The position numbers were made by a program, and so were the translations under genes. Below are positions 50,351 to 61,611 of a DNA stretch of 64,000 nt, one piece after another. Source of the stretch: Takakia lepidozioides (taxonomy: Eukaryota; Plantae; Bryophyta); the NCBI GenBank assembly GCA_030704615.1, contig CM060731.1, positions 11,780,001 through 11,844,000 of the forward strand, given 5' to 3'. The notes under the pieces are model-generated. The model saw only the letters and a program-made list of their open reading frames with translations, had not been told where the DNA came from and did no database searches. Position 1 is the stretch's first letter, and every line of letters begins with the position of its first letter.

Positions 50351-50866
50351 GCATGGCTGAACAACGGAGATTGCAAGCATTGGTGGCTACTTCTGCACTC
50401 CCATTGGATAGTGCATCTTCCCTGCCAACCGGGACGGTTGAGGCAGTGACTGGGGGCGAGCACAGGATCGTGGGTTGCAAACACCCATGGCAGATGTGGG
50501 ATAAGATGCGCAAAGAGAGAGTCATTGGATCTCTCAAGCAGCAGTATGAGGAGTGGGGAGAGCCATGGACTGAGGATCAGTTGGAGGCCAAGGGTTTTTG
50601 AAGAGGTTGAGAATGTTTCTTGCTCAGATGATGTTCTGAAGGTGGCTATGGCGGAGCAAGTGGAGGCTACGCCACAGCCAGATTGGGCGGACAAGGCCCA
50701 AGAGGTTGTTATCTAGCAACCAAAGGATTCGTCTGCTACCTCCAAGCCTGGTGTACCCAAGGTTGCAGTCACTGAGGACAATTGGGAACCAGTTGTTGGA
50801 CCTACAGTCACCGGAGGAGAGAGACGGAGGATCCAGCGATTTCTAAGGGTTTATAAATCTAAGGAT

Positions 50867-51930
50867 TTGGGGAGTTTGAAGGGTCAAGAGATTCGTATTG
50901 ATTTGGCAAGTCACACGCCAATCTTTCGAAGGCCCTACCGGTATAGTGACATGGAGAGGTCATTGATCCAGTCACGGACTATGGAGTTGTTCGAAGCTGG
51001 ATTGGTGGAGTTGTCAGGCGGGGAGTATGCCTCGGCAACGGTTATGCCAGGTAAGAAGGATATCTATGGCAATTGGACAAAAAGAAGGATATGTGGGGAC
51101 TATCGTCCTGTGAACCGTCAGACTAAGTCCGATAGATATGCCATGCCAACTTCAGAGGAGATCTTTGATGCCATTGGGCATGCAAAGGTGTTTAACAGAT
51201 TGGACTTGCGATCCGGTTACCACCAGTTGCCAATCAAAGAGGCTGACAAGCAAAAGACGACATTCTGGGGGATTGACCAACATGGGAAGGATTGTTTGTA
51301 CCAATGGCGGTTCTTACCGTTTGGGTTGAAGAATGCTCCTTTAGAGTTTCAGAGGGTCATGGATAGGATTCTCACGGGGCTAGACTTTGCCCGGTGCTAC
51401 ATTGATGACATCATCGTCTTTAGTGCTACGGTTGAGGAGCATGAGAGACACCTTCAGGTGGTGTTTGAGCGCTTGAGAGCACACGGGTTGAAACTGCACC
51501 CCGGAAAGCGCAAGTTCTTCCACAATCAGATTGAATATCTGGGCCACATGATATACCCTGGAGGATTGGGTGTTCAACAGACAAAGGTGGAGGCCATTGC
51601 ATGCATTCCACGCCCATGGATGTGAGCAGAGTTTGTGCTTCATGGGATGGCAAACTACTATCGACGGTTTGTCAAGGGATTTAGTAGCATTGCAAAGGCT
51701 CTTACCAAGTTGACCAAGGTGGGTCAGGAGTGGCAGTGGGAGGAGGAGCAGGAGGAAGCATTTGAGGAACTCAAGGCTCGATTGACTTCTGCACCTATTC
51801 TGAGGCGGCCTATTCGGGGGCGGCCTTTCCAGTTACATACGGATTGGAGTATGCTGGGGATTGGAGCAGTGCTCACACAGGTGGATGATGAGGGAAGAGA
51901 GTTTGTAGTGACATATGCTAGCCGCTCGAA
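50867..51930 (+). pseudogene. Gypsy reverse transcriptase and start of RNase H
   Basis: RICGDYRPVN, LDLRSGYHQ, LPFGLKNAP, CYIDDII, YLGH, LHTDWS..GIGAVL and YASRS. Confidence 0.95.
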
Positions 51931-52748
51931 GGGGGATGCTAATCCGTGAGCGGCTCACGTGAGCGGAAAGATTCGTGAGCGAGAAGATGCTCATCCGTGA
52001 GCGGAAAGATGCTAACGGACGAGGATGATTATCATCGCGCGGGCCTATAACCGTGGATGAGAAAACCCCGGGAGACCTGTATCCGCGGGACAATGTTGGA
52101 TGAATATTTGATGCATTTTGGATGAACTTTGGATGAACGTAACATTGAGTTTGGATGAACTCTGGTACACCGATGGATAGATGAATGCATGAATGCATGG
52201 ATGAACAATTGACAACAGGATGGATGCCGAGTGCTTGTATTGTGGACGCCTCAAATATGGATGAATGGAGAAACATAGATGAAGAGGAAGTTATGATGAG
52301 AAGAACAGGTCCAGAGGCACACACCGGATTCAAATCAAACAACTCGGTATTGGTTTATCGATAGATAGTTTGAAAAGAAATGGATCATTTCGAACAAGAA
52401 GATGCACTGCCACTAGAGGAGTTTGCATCCAAAACTGAAGCACAACTATCAATGAACACCCTAGCCCTCCTATCCACATTTCCCCTCCGGTTGCAAAGTA
52501 GAGGAGGGGGAGATGCCTGGAGAGCAAATGCTCTGGCTGCAGCCTCCGCATAACATGGCAATTCAAGAAGGGGGGGCGGACTAGGATAGAAGTCTGGGTT
52601 CGCAAAGAAAGGGAGGAACCTTGGCGTTCTTGGGCTCCTGCAGATACATCCCAAAGTTTCATGAGGATCCCCCATTCTCACACCACAGTGGAGGCCCAAA
52701 TGAAGAAGCAAAAAGTGACAAAGAAGAACATAAAAGAATGGTGTAGAC

Positions 52749-55700
52749 TTACTCACAATCAAAATCGTCGTCAATGTCGGCCATGTCTTTGTGTTCCATG
52801 ACCACTGTTGCGAGCGCCGCATCTGTCTGCGTGCCTGAAGTTGAGCCCTCATGGAGAGGAGCTATTACCTCATTGTAGAGGTCGGCATCGCCCTCAAAGG
52901 CGAACATATGCCTTTCTGCTGCCTTGCGAATGAAGCCCATGCATGAAAACCGATCAAAGAGCAAAGAGCAAGGCATGCCTGCAATCCAAAAAGAACAACA
53001 AATGAAGGCAGAACATTGCGAGACTGTCAGTGCAAAACCACAAACTTGTTCCCAGAGTGAGATCAACAACCCGGGACCCTTGAATGCTGCAGGACTCGAT
53101 GACAGTCTGCATGAAGGCCGGATTCTTCTCCCGTGCACCTCTCCATGGCTTTCCGGACGCCCGTAGCACTGTAAGTGATGCATCAACGTAGTTGTAGATA
53201 AAATCATCATCCACCGGATTGCAAGAGGAGTCAACATGCGCCCCCCCCCTCCAGGACTTCGAACTCCTTCACGGAAGACGGTGTGGATGACAGTGCACAT
53301 CGAAAGCACGAGTCTGCACAATTAAAACAGGGAGGACACTGGAGTGGGCACCGAAGCTAGGGCCGGGGAAAGACTAATAGGAACACTTGCACCATGCTTG
53401 CGTAAACGCAAAGATGGTAGGGGAGAAGGACAGGCAAAAATGGAAAACAAACGAGTCAAAACCATACCGACATTTCTGGAGGGTTGAAAGCAAATGATGA
53501 AATGAGAATCTACCTTTTGGCTTGGGAAGTCCCCATTTGTGAGTGGCAAGCTGTTAACCCCATTCCAACTTTTAATCACCTTCATTCCACCCGACTTAAG
53601 GAAACTGGCGAGCTGGCGCCAACACTTCAAAATGGTTGCTTGGAGGATGAGCAGACAACCATTGTCAGCCAGGAAGTGCCCATAGAATCTGAAGACCCAA
53701 GGCCAGTAGCGGTCGTCCCATGCATTCCAGGCGGGAGTCACACCCATCAGAGGAACGTCGGGCACTGGAAGCCCGTCGGGAATCTCCACAACTATGAGCT
53801 CGCATGCAAAGGTTTTCTTCTCCCCGATCACCCAGGATGGACCTTTGGCAGCCTTCACATCCAACAAAGAAAACATACCCACTTAGAAGACCTGCAAACA
53901 GTCTTCAAATCTACATACACACAAGCAAGAAGAGGTAATGAATTTACCAGAGTGAGGAATACGACAGTGTCTCCCAAGTCGGGGACTTCTCCACGGTGGT
54001 GGCTCCTTTCCTTCGAGATGCCATCATGTCCAAGAAGCCTTCGTTCACTGTCTTGTGTTGGAATTGAGTAGAACCACCTCTGCCAGGATTAAGAAGGGCC
54101 TTGTATGGCCGGTCACACTGAGCAGGCCCCTTTGACCCCCTTTGAGCCCTGCCTTCAGCCTCTTTTTCTTTTTCCTTCTTCTATCCTTTTTCTTCGGGCT
54201 CTGACTCACCACCGGTTCCTTTGTTTTCAAAACCCAAAGATCTCTCAACTGCAGCTGTCTATCCGTCAGAAGAGCAAGAACCTCCGCATTGTCATTCAAG
54301 TTCCGAAGGACGTTCTCCTCCAATGGTGTCGATTGTTTGGGGCAATCCAAGTACCAGCCACAATCTTTCAAATGAGATCTGCTCCAGTCCTCCAAAATAC
54401 CGGCTTGGTACATAGTTGTGTAAGGATTTGTCTTTGCCCAGCTATCGATGAAGTATGGGTAGGAGATCAGAAAACCGCCAGGCAAAAGCGCTCCGTGGAT
54501 ATACCTGCAATGAAAGCAAACAGAAAATCACTAGAAGCCAATCACATACTGATATTAGAACAACCAGCATATCTATGCATGTTGTGGAATAAACACATTA
54601 CAAACACAGGCTGGAATCATGCTTGCGTCAACGCAAACCTGATCCGAGGTCTGAGAGAAGTCCCCTCATCCACACTGCCCAATGTCCGTATTCATGCTTT
54701 TGTCAACACAAGCATGAATACGTAGTGGAAATATTACATAAAATTCCACTCTTGGTCAGGCTTGCGTTAATGCAAGCTTGAACCCTGGTCTGAAACCAGT
54801 CCCTTTTCCTACACTCTTTCCCAATCCAAGGAAAAGGCAAACCCTACGTCTCACATCCCAGGACTCCAAAAAGATTACATAAAATTACACTCTTGGTCAA
54901 AAAAAAAAAAAAACCACTCTTGGTCAGGTTTGCGTTAACGCAAGGCTCCTGAACCCTGGTATGAAACCAGTCCCCTTTCGGAGGGTGAAAAAAAAAAAAA
55001 AAAAAAAAAACCGACTATTAGTCAGGCTTGCGTCAACGCAAGTCTGAATCCTGGTCTGAAACCAGTCCTCTTTCCTTAATTATAATTTAAAAGAAAGAAA
55101 GAAAGAAAAACAAAAAAAAAAAAAAAAAAAACACACTATGGTCATGTTTGCGTTAACGCAAGCCTGATTAACCCTGCTATGAAACTAGTCCCCTTTCCTA
55201 CACTTTGTGCATACTTCCAAACAATCTCTTTCCACCTCCGAATAAAAGTGCCGAAAGATTCATCGGGCTCAACCACCTTGATTTTTGAAGTCATAAAGAG
55301 TTTGTTCCATAAATTCCAAACCTCTCTCCTCCAGCTGCCAAGACACAAGCTTGTGTTATGATGCGTTTACAAACAATTGTAATTTCAATGCAAGTTATTG
55401 CGACGACAAAAGCAGGATGACTTCTGCACCTGGCACCAAAATGTCGCTTTATGGAGCCACTTGTCCCAGTCGACATCGCTGAAAGGCCCCACAAAATGGA
55501 AGTTGTTTGCCTGACGGAGGACAGTGTTAGAGTTCCAGATCTTAAGCCATCGCACCTTGTGCTTTGGTTCCACCATTGCCATTGCAAGCCTATGCAACTT
55601 CTTTTGTGTCATTTCTGGCTTGTCACTCTTGTTCCAATGGAACCGCACCTGGTCCAGGAATCCTGCACTGAGACTAGGATCAGCTATGTGAAGCTGTTTG

Positions 55701-55770
55701 GTGAACGCTATGACAACGTTTTTGCGGCATAAGTCCATTGCTTCGTTGATGGCCTGCTCAATTCCACGAT
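52749..55770 (-). pseudogene. Diverged homologue of the cargo gene (3' part including the MTase fold; ParB exon lost)
   Basis: IADPSLSAGFL..KPEMTQKKLHRLA..RWLKIWN, HLKDCGWYLD, CELIVVEIPDG, GKPWRGAREKNPAFMQTVIESCSIQGSRVVDLTLGT and RHMFAFEGD each align in order with copy B. Confidence 0.82.
54615..55200. repeat. Intronic repeats with palindrome TTGCGTTAACGCAA (about 5 copies) and poly-A spacers
   Basis: Copies lie near 54623, 54762, 54930, 55028 and 55148, each followed by a CCTGGT.TGAAACCAGTCCC-like motif. Confidence 0.85.
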
Positions 55771-55899
55771 AGGGACAATTTCTCGATACCTCGGGTGCCT
55801 GTGCCCCCCCCCCCACTTTCGTGGGTGCCACCCCCTTTGTGGGTGAATCTTCTTCAACATCGTTCCCTCTCGAGTCTCCAACCATTACAGTCCGGGGAG

Positions 55900-56700
55900 A
55901 AAGGGAGAACATACTGCCGGTAGAGGAGTCTGACTGTACAGAGACAATGTGGCATATATAATAGACTCCCCAGGGATCAAAAGTCAAGTGTGTCGCTATT
56001 AGGGTACCCTCGTTTCAGAAGTGCACCGCCCAGATTTCAAAAAGGACATGCGAAACTCCTGCCTCGACATTCACCGGCTTGTTCAAGCATTACATGTCGT
56101 GGGAGTCTAGGCCTCACAAGTTCTGGTTCTGCCCAGATGACATTGTGCGTTGTGTCATGGGGACTGTTTGGGATTATGTGATATGAAGCCTCAAATTCCA
56201 TCCGTGTGGCCAGTGAAGTTAGGAACCACACTCTCCAAACTGGAAATTGACATGCTGGAGGAGGCCGGGTTTCACCTTGAGAGGCCCAACTGTCGTAACG
56301 CCGGTTTCTCCAATAACTTTCCCTTCCAACTTTCCTACATGTCCTCGACAGGGCAACAATTGGCCCACAAAAATGAATGGAAAGGCGGTACTTCGGGTTG
56401 AGGCTGATGCAGATAATGAGTGCAAGATAGAGTATGCTAGAACCCTGCAATATCGCGTCACCCAAATTGTGAATGTCCCATTGTTAGGCTATGGGCAGGT
56501 GTACACCATGGCGACCTCCAGATCGGATGTTCATGACATGACCTATGAGATTACTATTGGCGATTTTCCTAATTGCACTTGTCCGGACTTTCAGAACACG
56601 CTCTCAAGCTCGCAAGCAGCTTTACTACATCTACATTCAAATGATGTTTTGCGATCCTAAACGAGACACGTACATTCACCAGTTCATGACCCAGTGACGT
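55900..56700 (+). pseudogene. C-terminal remnant of the Mutator transposase (SWIM region) of copy C
   Basis: KCVAIRV, FWFCPDDI, WPVKLGTTLSKLEIDMLEEAGF and YEITIGDFPNCTCPDF match the copy B segments KCCAIRV, FWFCRHDI, WPVAPG..LSAAGF and YTITIGVEPTCNCTDF. Confidence 0.82.
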
Positions 56701-57431
56701 TCATACACTACTGCAGCGAGATAGTTCGGGTTCAATTTGAGATGTAGTCGGGATTTGCATTGCAACTCTGCTGGTTATTATGTCATGTCATTGTTATAAA
56801 AATTTGAAGTGTATCCGACTTTGGAGATAGCTTCGTGCTGGTTAATGGCAACATTTTTTTAGAATGAGATCAATCTTCAATCTTGTTTTGCAATGCATGT
56901 TTATGTTCCAACCAAGTTGCAGATGGCTTCGTGCTGGTTATTGGCAACACTTTCTTGAATGAGATCAATCTTGTTTTGCACAATTGGTTTACGACTACAC
57001 TTTCTATGAGATGAATGAATGAGATGAATGAGATGAATCCGATGAATGTCATGAATGTTCTTTTACAAGCAATCTTATTTCAGTCATTTACGATACATTC
57101 ATCCAATCATTTTTCATCCCACATTCATCCTACATTCATCCATTCCTCTTTGCCATTCATCGTTGCTTACTTCATCGAGAAGTTTTTCGTGCACATCATC
57201 TCAGATTTTCTTGCATGGAGGTCGGCGTCTTCTTCGGTCCTGGTGTGATATGTTACCCTCCAATTTGCACAAGTTTGCGTCCACGACAATAGGCCCTGCT
57301 TCTTCCACGGTTATACACTCCACTTCCATTTTCTGCTCACGCTTAAAATGTGCTCATGCTTAAGGGAATATGCTCACGCTTAGTGCGCTAAGCATGAGCA
57401 CGCTCACGCACTAGCTACTCTCCCGCTCGAA

Positions 57432-59808
57432 CAATGATGCCGAGGCGAAGTATAGTTCATATGAAGGGAGTGTCTAGCTGCGGTATGGGCAGTGGCACAT
57501 TTCAGATGCTACCTCTATGGCAATCTCTTCACCCTTGTCACGGATCACCAACCATTGAAGTGGTTGATGGAGTCAGACAAGCTTACAGGGAAGCTTGCAC
57601 GGTGGGCACTTATGCTTCAAGAGTACGACTTTCAGGTGGTGCATCGAGCCGGTATTGTCAATCGGGATGTAGATGGATTGAGTTGTAATCCATGCACGAG
57701 CAAGCATGATGATACTGGAGCTCGGTGGCATGGTGAGACAGATGAGGAGATGGTGCCAGGATAGCATGCATCGGTCTTTTTGTGCATTCTAGCAATGGGA
57801 GCTCAAGCTTGTCCAAGCCATGCGATTGATCATGTAGATAGCGTGCATGACGATCTAGAGACTAGTGAGGAGTTTGGTGGTGCTAAGGATGTGCATGAAG
57901 ATGCAGCAATGTTGGCATACCTTCGTACCAGAGAGACAACAGCCAGTGTGACTACTAAGGAGAGAGATCGGGTCCTACAACGAGCCAAGAGGTTCAAGTG
58001 GGAGGGGACTCACCTACTCCGGGTATAGGAGGATGGACGAGTGAGGATCGTGCCTCATCCAACACGACGAGCGCGATTGGTACGCCATGCTCATGAGGAG
58101 TTGAGACATTTTGGGGTGCGGCGCACTCATAGTTTGCTGCAAGGGCAGTATTGGTGGCGGGGCATGCACATGGATGTGCAACAGTTAGTGGCAAGGTGCA
58201 TGGTATGTGAAGAGTGCGGGCTTCTTTCAATGCCCCTACTCCACAATTGCATCCTTTACCCATTATGGGTTTGGGCTATCGTTGGAGTCTCGACTTCGCA
58301 GGCCCATTGCCACTGACGATTCGCCATAACAAGTATGTGTGATGGTGAGGGTGGAACACTTCTCCAAATGGGTTGAACTGGTGGCATTGCCTCACAAGGC
58401 AAGTGAGGGGGCTGCGTATGCATTCTTAGATTGAGTGCTTAGCCAATTTGGTGCTCCAGCCGAGGTACTCACGGACCAGGGGAGAGAGTTCTTGGGGGAG
58501 TTTCAGGCTTTGTGTGAGCAAGCCTTGATAGATCACCGCACTACTTCTCGGGATCATCCCGAGGCTGATGGCCTAATAGAGAGGGTTGTACAAACAGTGT
58601 CGCACACCTCACTTCGGTAAACTCCCCTTCAAGTCATAGTTACTCGCTTTGATGCGCGCGCCTGACTCCCAACCTGGCCGCCGGGCCAACTTGGAGTTTC
58701 GGCTGCTCACCGGACATAACGGTCCCCTTCCGCTTCCCTCTAAACCCTCCACCTATTTGGGACTAGGAGAATTCCCTTTGGTAGATGGCAGTCCGGACAG
58801 CTCCCCACTCTTTGGTCGCTTTCCGGCTCGCTCGCTTACTCACTAGTTTTTGGTCACCAACGGGCTTGCACCGTTCTCGGGTTACTACTCCCTATATATA
58901 CTTCTGTAGCTGTCCGCGGGGGTTTCATAACCAGCCATGCCATTTTATGGCGAACCACCACGAAAACCCTCGACTCCCGGTGGTGAGTCGCGGTGAGTCT
59001 TGGCCCACTCACCGCGGCCCCAATGGACCGTGATGAGTCCCAAGACTCCCCACGACTCCCACCTCGAGGTCTCCACCCCATGGTGAGTCCTATGCCACCC
59101 CCACTAAGTCCCACTAAGCTACCACCACCCCTTGTGGAGCCACCTCCACCGCAACCCGGTGTGCGGGGCTCCACCTAGTGAGCGCCTCCGCCTCCTTGAG
59201 TGCCTTGGGCACTCAAGGGTGCTTCAGCCCCCCATACCTATCGCCGCCGCTGCCCCCACCACAGGGGCAGCCCCTCATGTGTCCCGACCCCCTGCCCTCA
59301 AGGCAAAGGGCCGCGACAAACAGTCAAGCGAGGCTTGCGCAAGTATGGCTTGCAGAAGGGACACTTAAGAGATTGGGACCTTCAGCTACCTTGGTTGGCC
59401 ATGGGCTACAGGTTTAGCAAACAAGCATCACTTGCCTTGTTCTCACCTTATTTCCTTCTCTTTGGCCGAGAACCAGATTTGTCTGCATCTATTCGCAGGG
59501 AGACTACAGTAGTCCTCAACCTTGATGATCCGGATGTGTGGACACAAACATGTGCCCAGCAGACAGAGTTGTTCAAGAGAGTCATGCCTATGGCTTTTGA
59601 GAACCTTGCTATTGCCCAACACAGAGACACATTGAGGTACGCCACTATACGTGGAGGGGGATATTGGCCAAGTGTTCAGCGTTTCCACCCTGGGGACTAT
59701 GTGTATTTGCAGCAGACAGCGCCTACGACCTTGGATGTCATAGCAAGACGTGTGATTCTAAGGGTCAGGGAGGTGTTGCCTTTAGGAGTGTTGATTCTGG
59801 AGGGTTGA
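57432..59808 (+). pseudogene. RNase H remainder and integrase of the DNMT-Gypsy
   Basis: TDHQPLKWL, RWAL.LQEYDF, HEELRHFG..YWWRGM..C..C, LTDQGREF, HPEADGLIER and SPYFLLFGREP. Interrupted by a solo LTR. Confidence 0.92.
58598..59318. mobile_element. Solo LTR (721 bp) in the integrase
   Basis: TGTCGC...GCGACA termini and a 5-bp TSD aacag (58593-58597, 59319-59323). Removing it restores ERVVQTVKRGLRK. Confidence 0.93.
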
Positions 59809-59814
59809 GATGGC

Positions 59815-60066
59815 ATGGTATGGAAGAACCATGTGCGCAATTGTGCGCCATGTCACCTTCCACATGTGGATGGAAGGATAGATCCCAACCTTGCAGTGGT
59901 ACCTGCAGGGTTGTGTTGCATGCTATGTGGGCATGCTGGTGGCGCCGCAACCATGTTGGTGTGTGACAAATGCTCAAAGGGGTGGTACATGGGATGCTTG
60001 ACACCGCCACTTGAGGAGGTTCCTATCGAAGAATGGTTGTGTCCACGATGCCTTGGACAGAGGTAG
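59815..60066 (+). CDS. PHD finger at the integrase C-terminus (H position reads Y)
   Basis: CMLCGHAGGAATMLVCDKCSKGWYMGCLTPPLEEVPIEEWLCPRC. It is in frame with integrase apart from a TGA at 59806-59808. Confidence 0.88.
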   Translation: MVWKNHVRNCAPCHLPHVDGRIDPNLAVVPAGLCCMLCGHAGGAATMLVCDKCSKGWYMGCLTPPLEEVPIEEWLCPRCLGQR

Positions 60067-60323
60067 TGGGCATGACAACGGTGAGGCGGACAAGTGATCC
60101 AAGGTCTAGTTAGTGGGGCTTCATTGCCATGGATACTCAACTGAAGATCATGGATTGCATGAAGGCAACTAACGATGGGGCTACGTTTGCACCCAGCCTC
60201 TTGATCTGTCGACTTCAGGTGTTGGGACTTGTGCGATTGAAGACCAAGCGATGATCTTATTGGGGTGGATACTTGCAAGCTATCCGGTGTTAGAGGGACC
60301 TAATCACCAGCTAGGGGGGCGAT

Positions 60324-60711
60324 TGTGGCGTGGATTTCTAGGACTACATGCTATGAAGTGTGGTTGGACAGCGATGTATGTTGTGGCACGATGCTTAGGT
60401 GCACGACAGCTGTCATGGTTTTGTTTGTGATTAGTTAGAAATAGTTATTTCTAGCTAATTAGGACATTATACATTTATATTTGTATTTTGTTGGCATTGG
60501 GACTTCATTTGGTTCCATGTGCCAAGTGAGGTGACGAACCTCACTTGGGACGTGGGGAGGTTATCTCCACGTGAGACGTAGGCAAGCTCGTCTTCTTCTA
60601 GTCGAGCCTCCCCAGGCCTCTCTCGCCGCCATAGCTCTAGTTCTTGAGATGGAGAGTGAGTGAGGTCCGTATGGTGGAGTCCTTTAACAAAGGTGCCATT
60701 GGCTTGACTTA
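60324..60711 (+). repeat. Proximal part of the DNMT-Gypsy 3' LTR
   Basis: Follows the purine tract AGGGGGG, starts with TG and is interrupted by a Mutator TIR at 60712. Confidence 0.7.
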
Positions 60712-61272
60712 GAGGTTAGCTATTTCATGAGCATGAGCGGCATGAGCGGAGTAGCAAGACAATCGGTTTTCATGAGCAGAAGTACAAATTTCGAAAATAA
60801 AAAAATTATAAAACATTAATTTAATGGAATGTGTAAAAAAAAACAAATATATTATTCGGCACCTTGAAGGGGAAATTGTAGTTTTGAGAGTTGAGCTCAT
60901 GATATTTCGTCTTCCGCTCATGCCAATTCCCAGCGACATATGCAAAAATGGCGCCGAATTTCACGGTAATAGGGTCCGTAACCGGAAAGAATCGCGACGT
61001 ATTTCGCGGTAATAGGTCTCTTTGGCCAAAAATGGTGCCGAATTCCGCGGCTATAGGTCCCCTCATGACAGGTGTGTAAGCCCAAAATTTGGAAATGTGG
61101 CGCCGAATTTCGGTACATGGTGCCGGGGATTGCACAGATGTTGGGCAGTTCTGGGCCATGTAACTGGAAATTCGGCGCCATTTTTCCAGACATCGTTCCC
61201 GAGCATGTTCGGACTTAGCCAGTTTTCAGCCCAAAATAGGGAAATTCGGCGCCATTTTTCCAGACACAGGTA
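60712..61272 (+). mobile_element. Mutator-like copy A, transposase-side terminal arm (truncated)
   Basis: TIR GAGGTTAGCTATTTCATGAGC, colinear with 34405-34880. Confidence 0.92.
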
Positions 61273-61610
61273 TAAACTTCTTGCCCAACAGGTAATGCCT
61301 GAATTTCTTCACTGCATAGATCATTGCCAATGCTTCTCTTTCCGTTGTGCTATAGTTCCTCTCAGCACTGTTCATCAACCGGCTAGCATAGTACACAGGT
61401 GAATCTATATTCCCTGTAACATTCTGGGCTAACACCGCTCCCAACGCTTCTCCTGATGCATCGCAGTGAACATGGAATACTACATGCCAGTGAGGGTTAA
61501 TCAGCACAGGTGTAGTTGTTACTGACAGTGTAAGTTCCTCAAATGCCTGTTGACATTCAGCTGTCCAGGCAAACACTGCATCTTTCTTCAGTAGTTTGCT
61601 CAATGGTGCT
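61273..61610 (-). pseudogene. RT-connection/RNase H fragment of the Gypsy-1 family
   Basis: HCDASGEALGAVL..YASR..YSTTEREALAM..KFRHYLLG, similar at the DNA level to about 23390-23730. Confidence 0.85.
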
Positions 61611-61611
61611 A

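Larger units (their letters stand above)
51931..57422. mobile_element. Diverged, internally deleted Mutator-like element copy C, in the opposite orientation to copy B
   Basis: TIRs GGGGGATGCTAATCCGTGAGC / GCTCACGCACTAGCTACTCTC, with a 9-bp TSD ccgctcgaa (51922-51930, 57423-57431). Removing it restores YASRSNNDAEAKY. Confidence 0.92.
33495..60711 (+). mobile_element. Ty3/gypsy retrotransposon carrying a C5-cytosine DNA methyltransferase and a C-terminal PHD finger (5'-truncated, with several nested insertions)
   Basis: After removing TSD-flanked insertions the order is gag-like, PR (LLDSGA..YDVFIG), DNMT, RT (YIDD), RH, INT, PHD, a G-rich PPT (60313-60319) and a TG-starting LTR at 60324. Confidence 0.88.
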
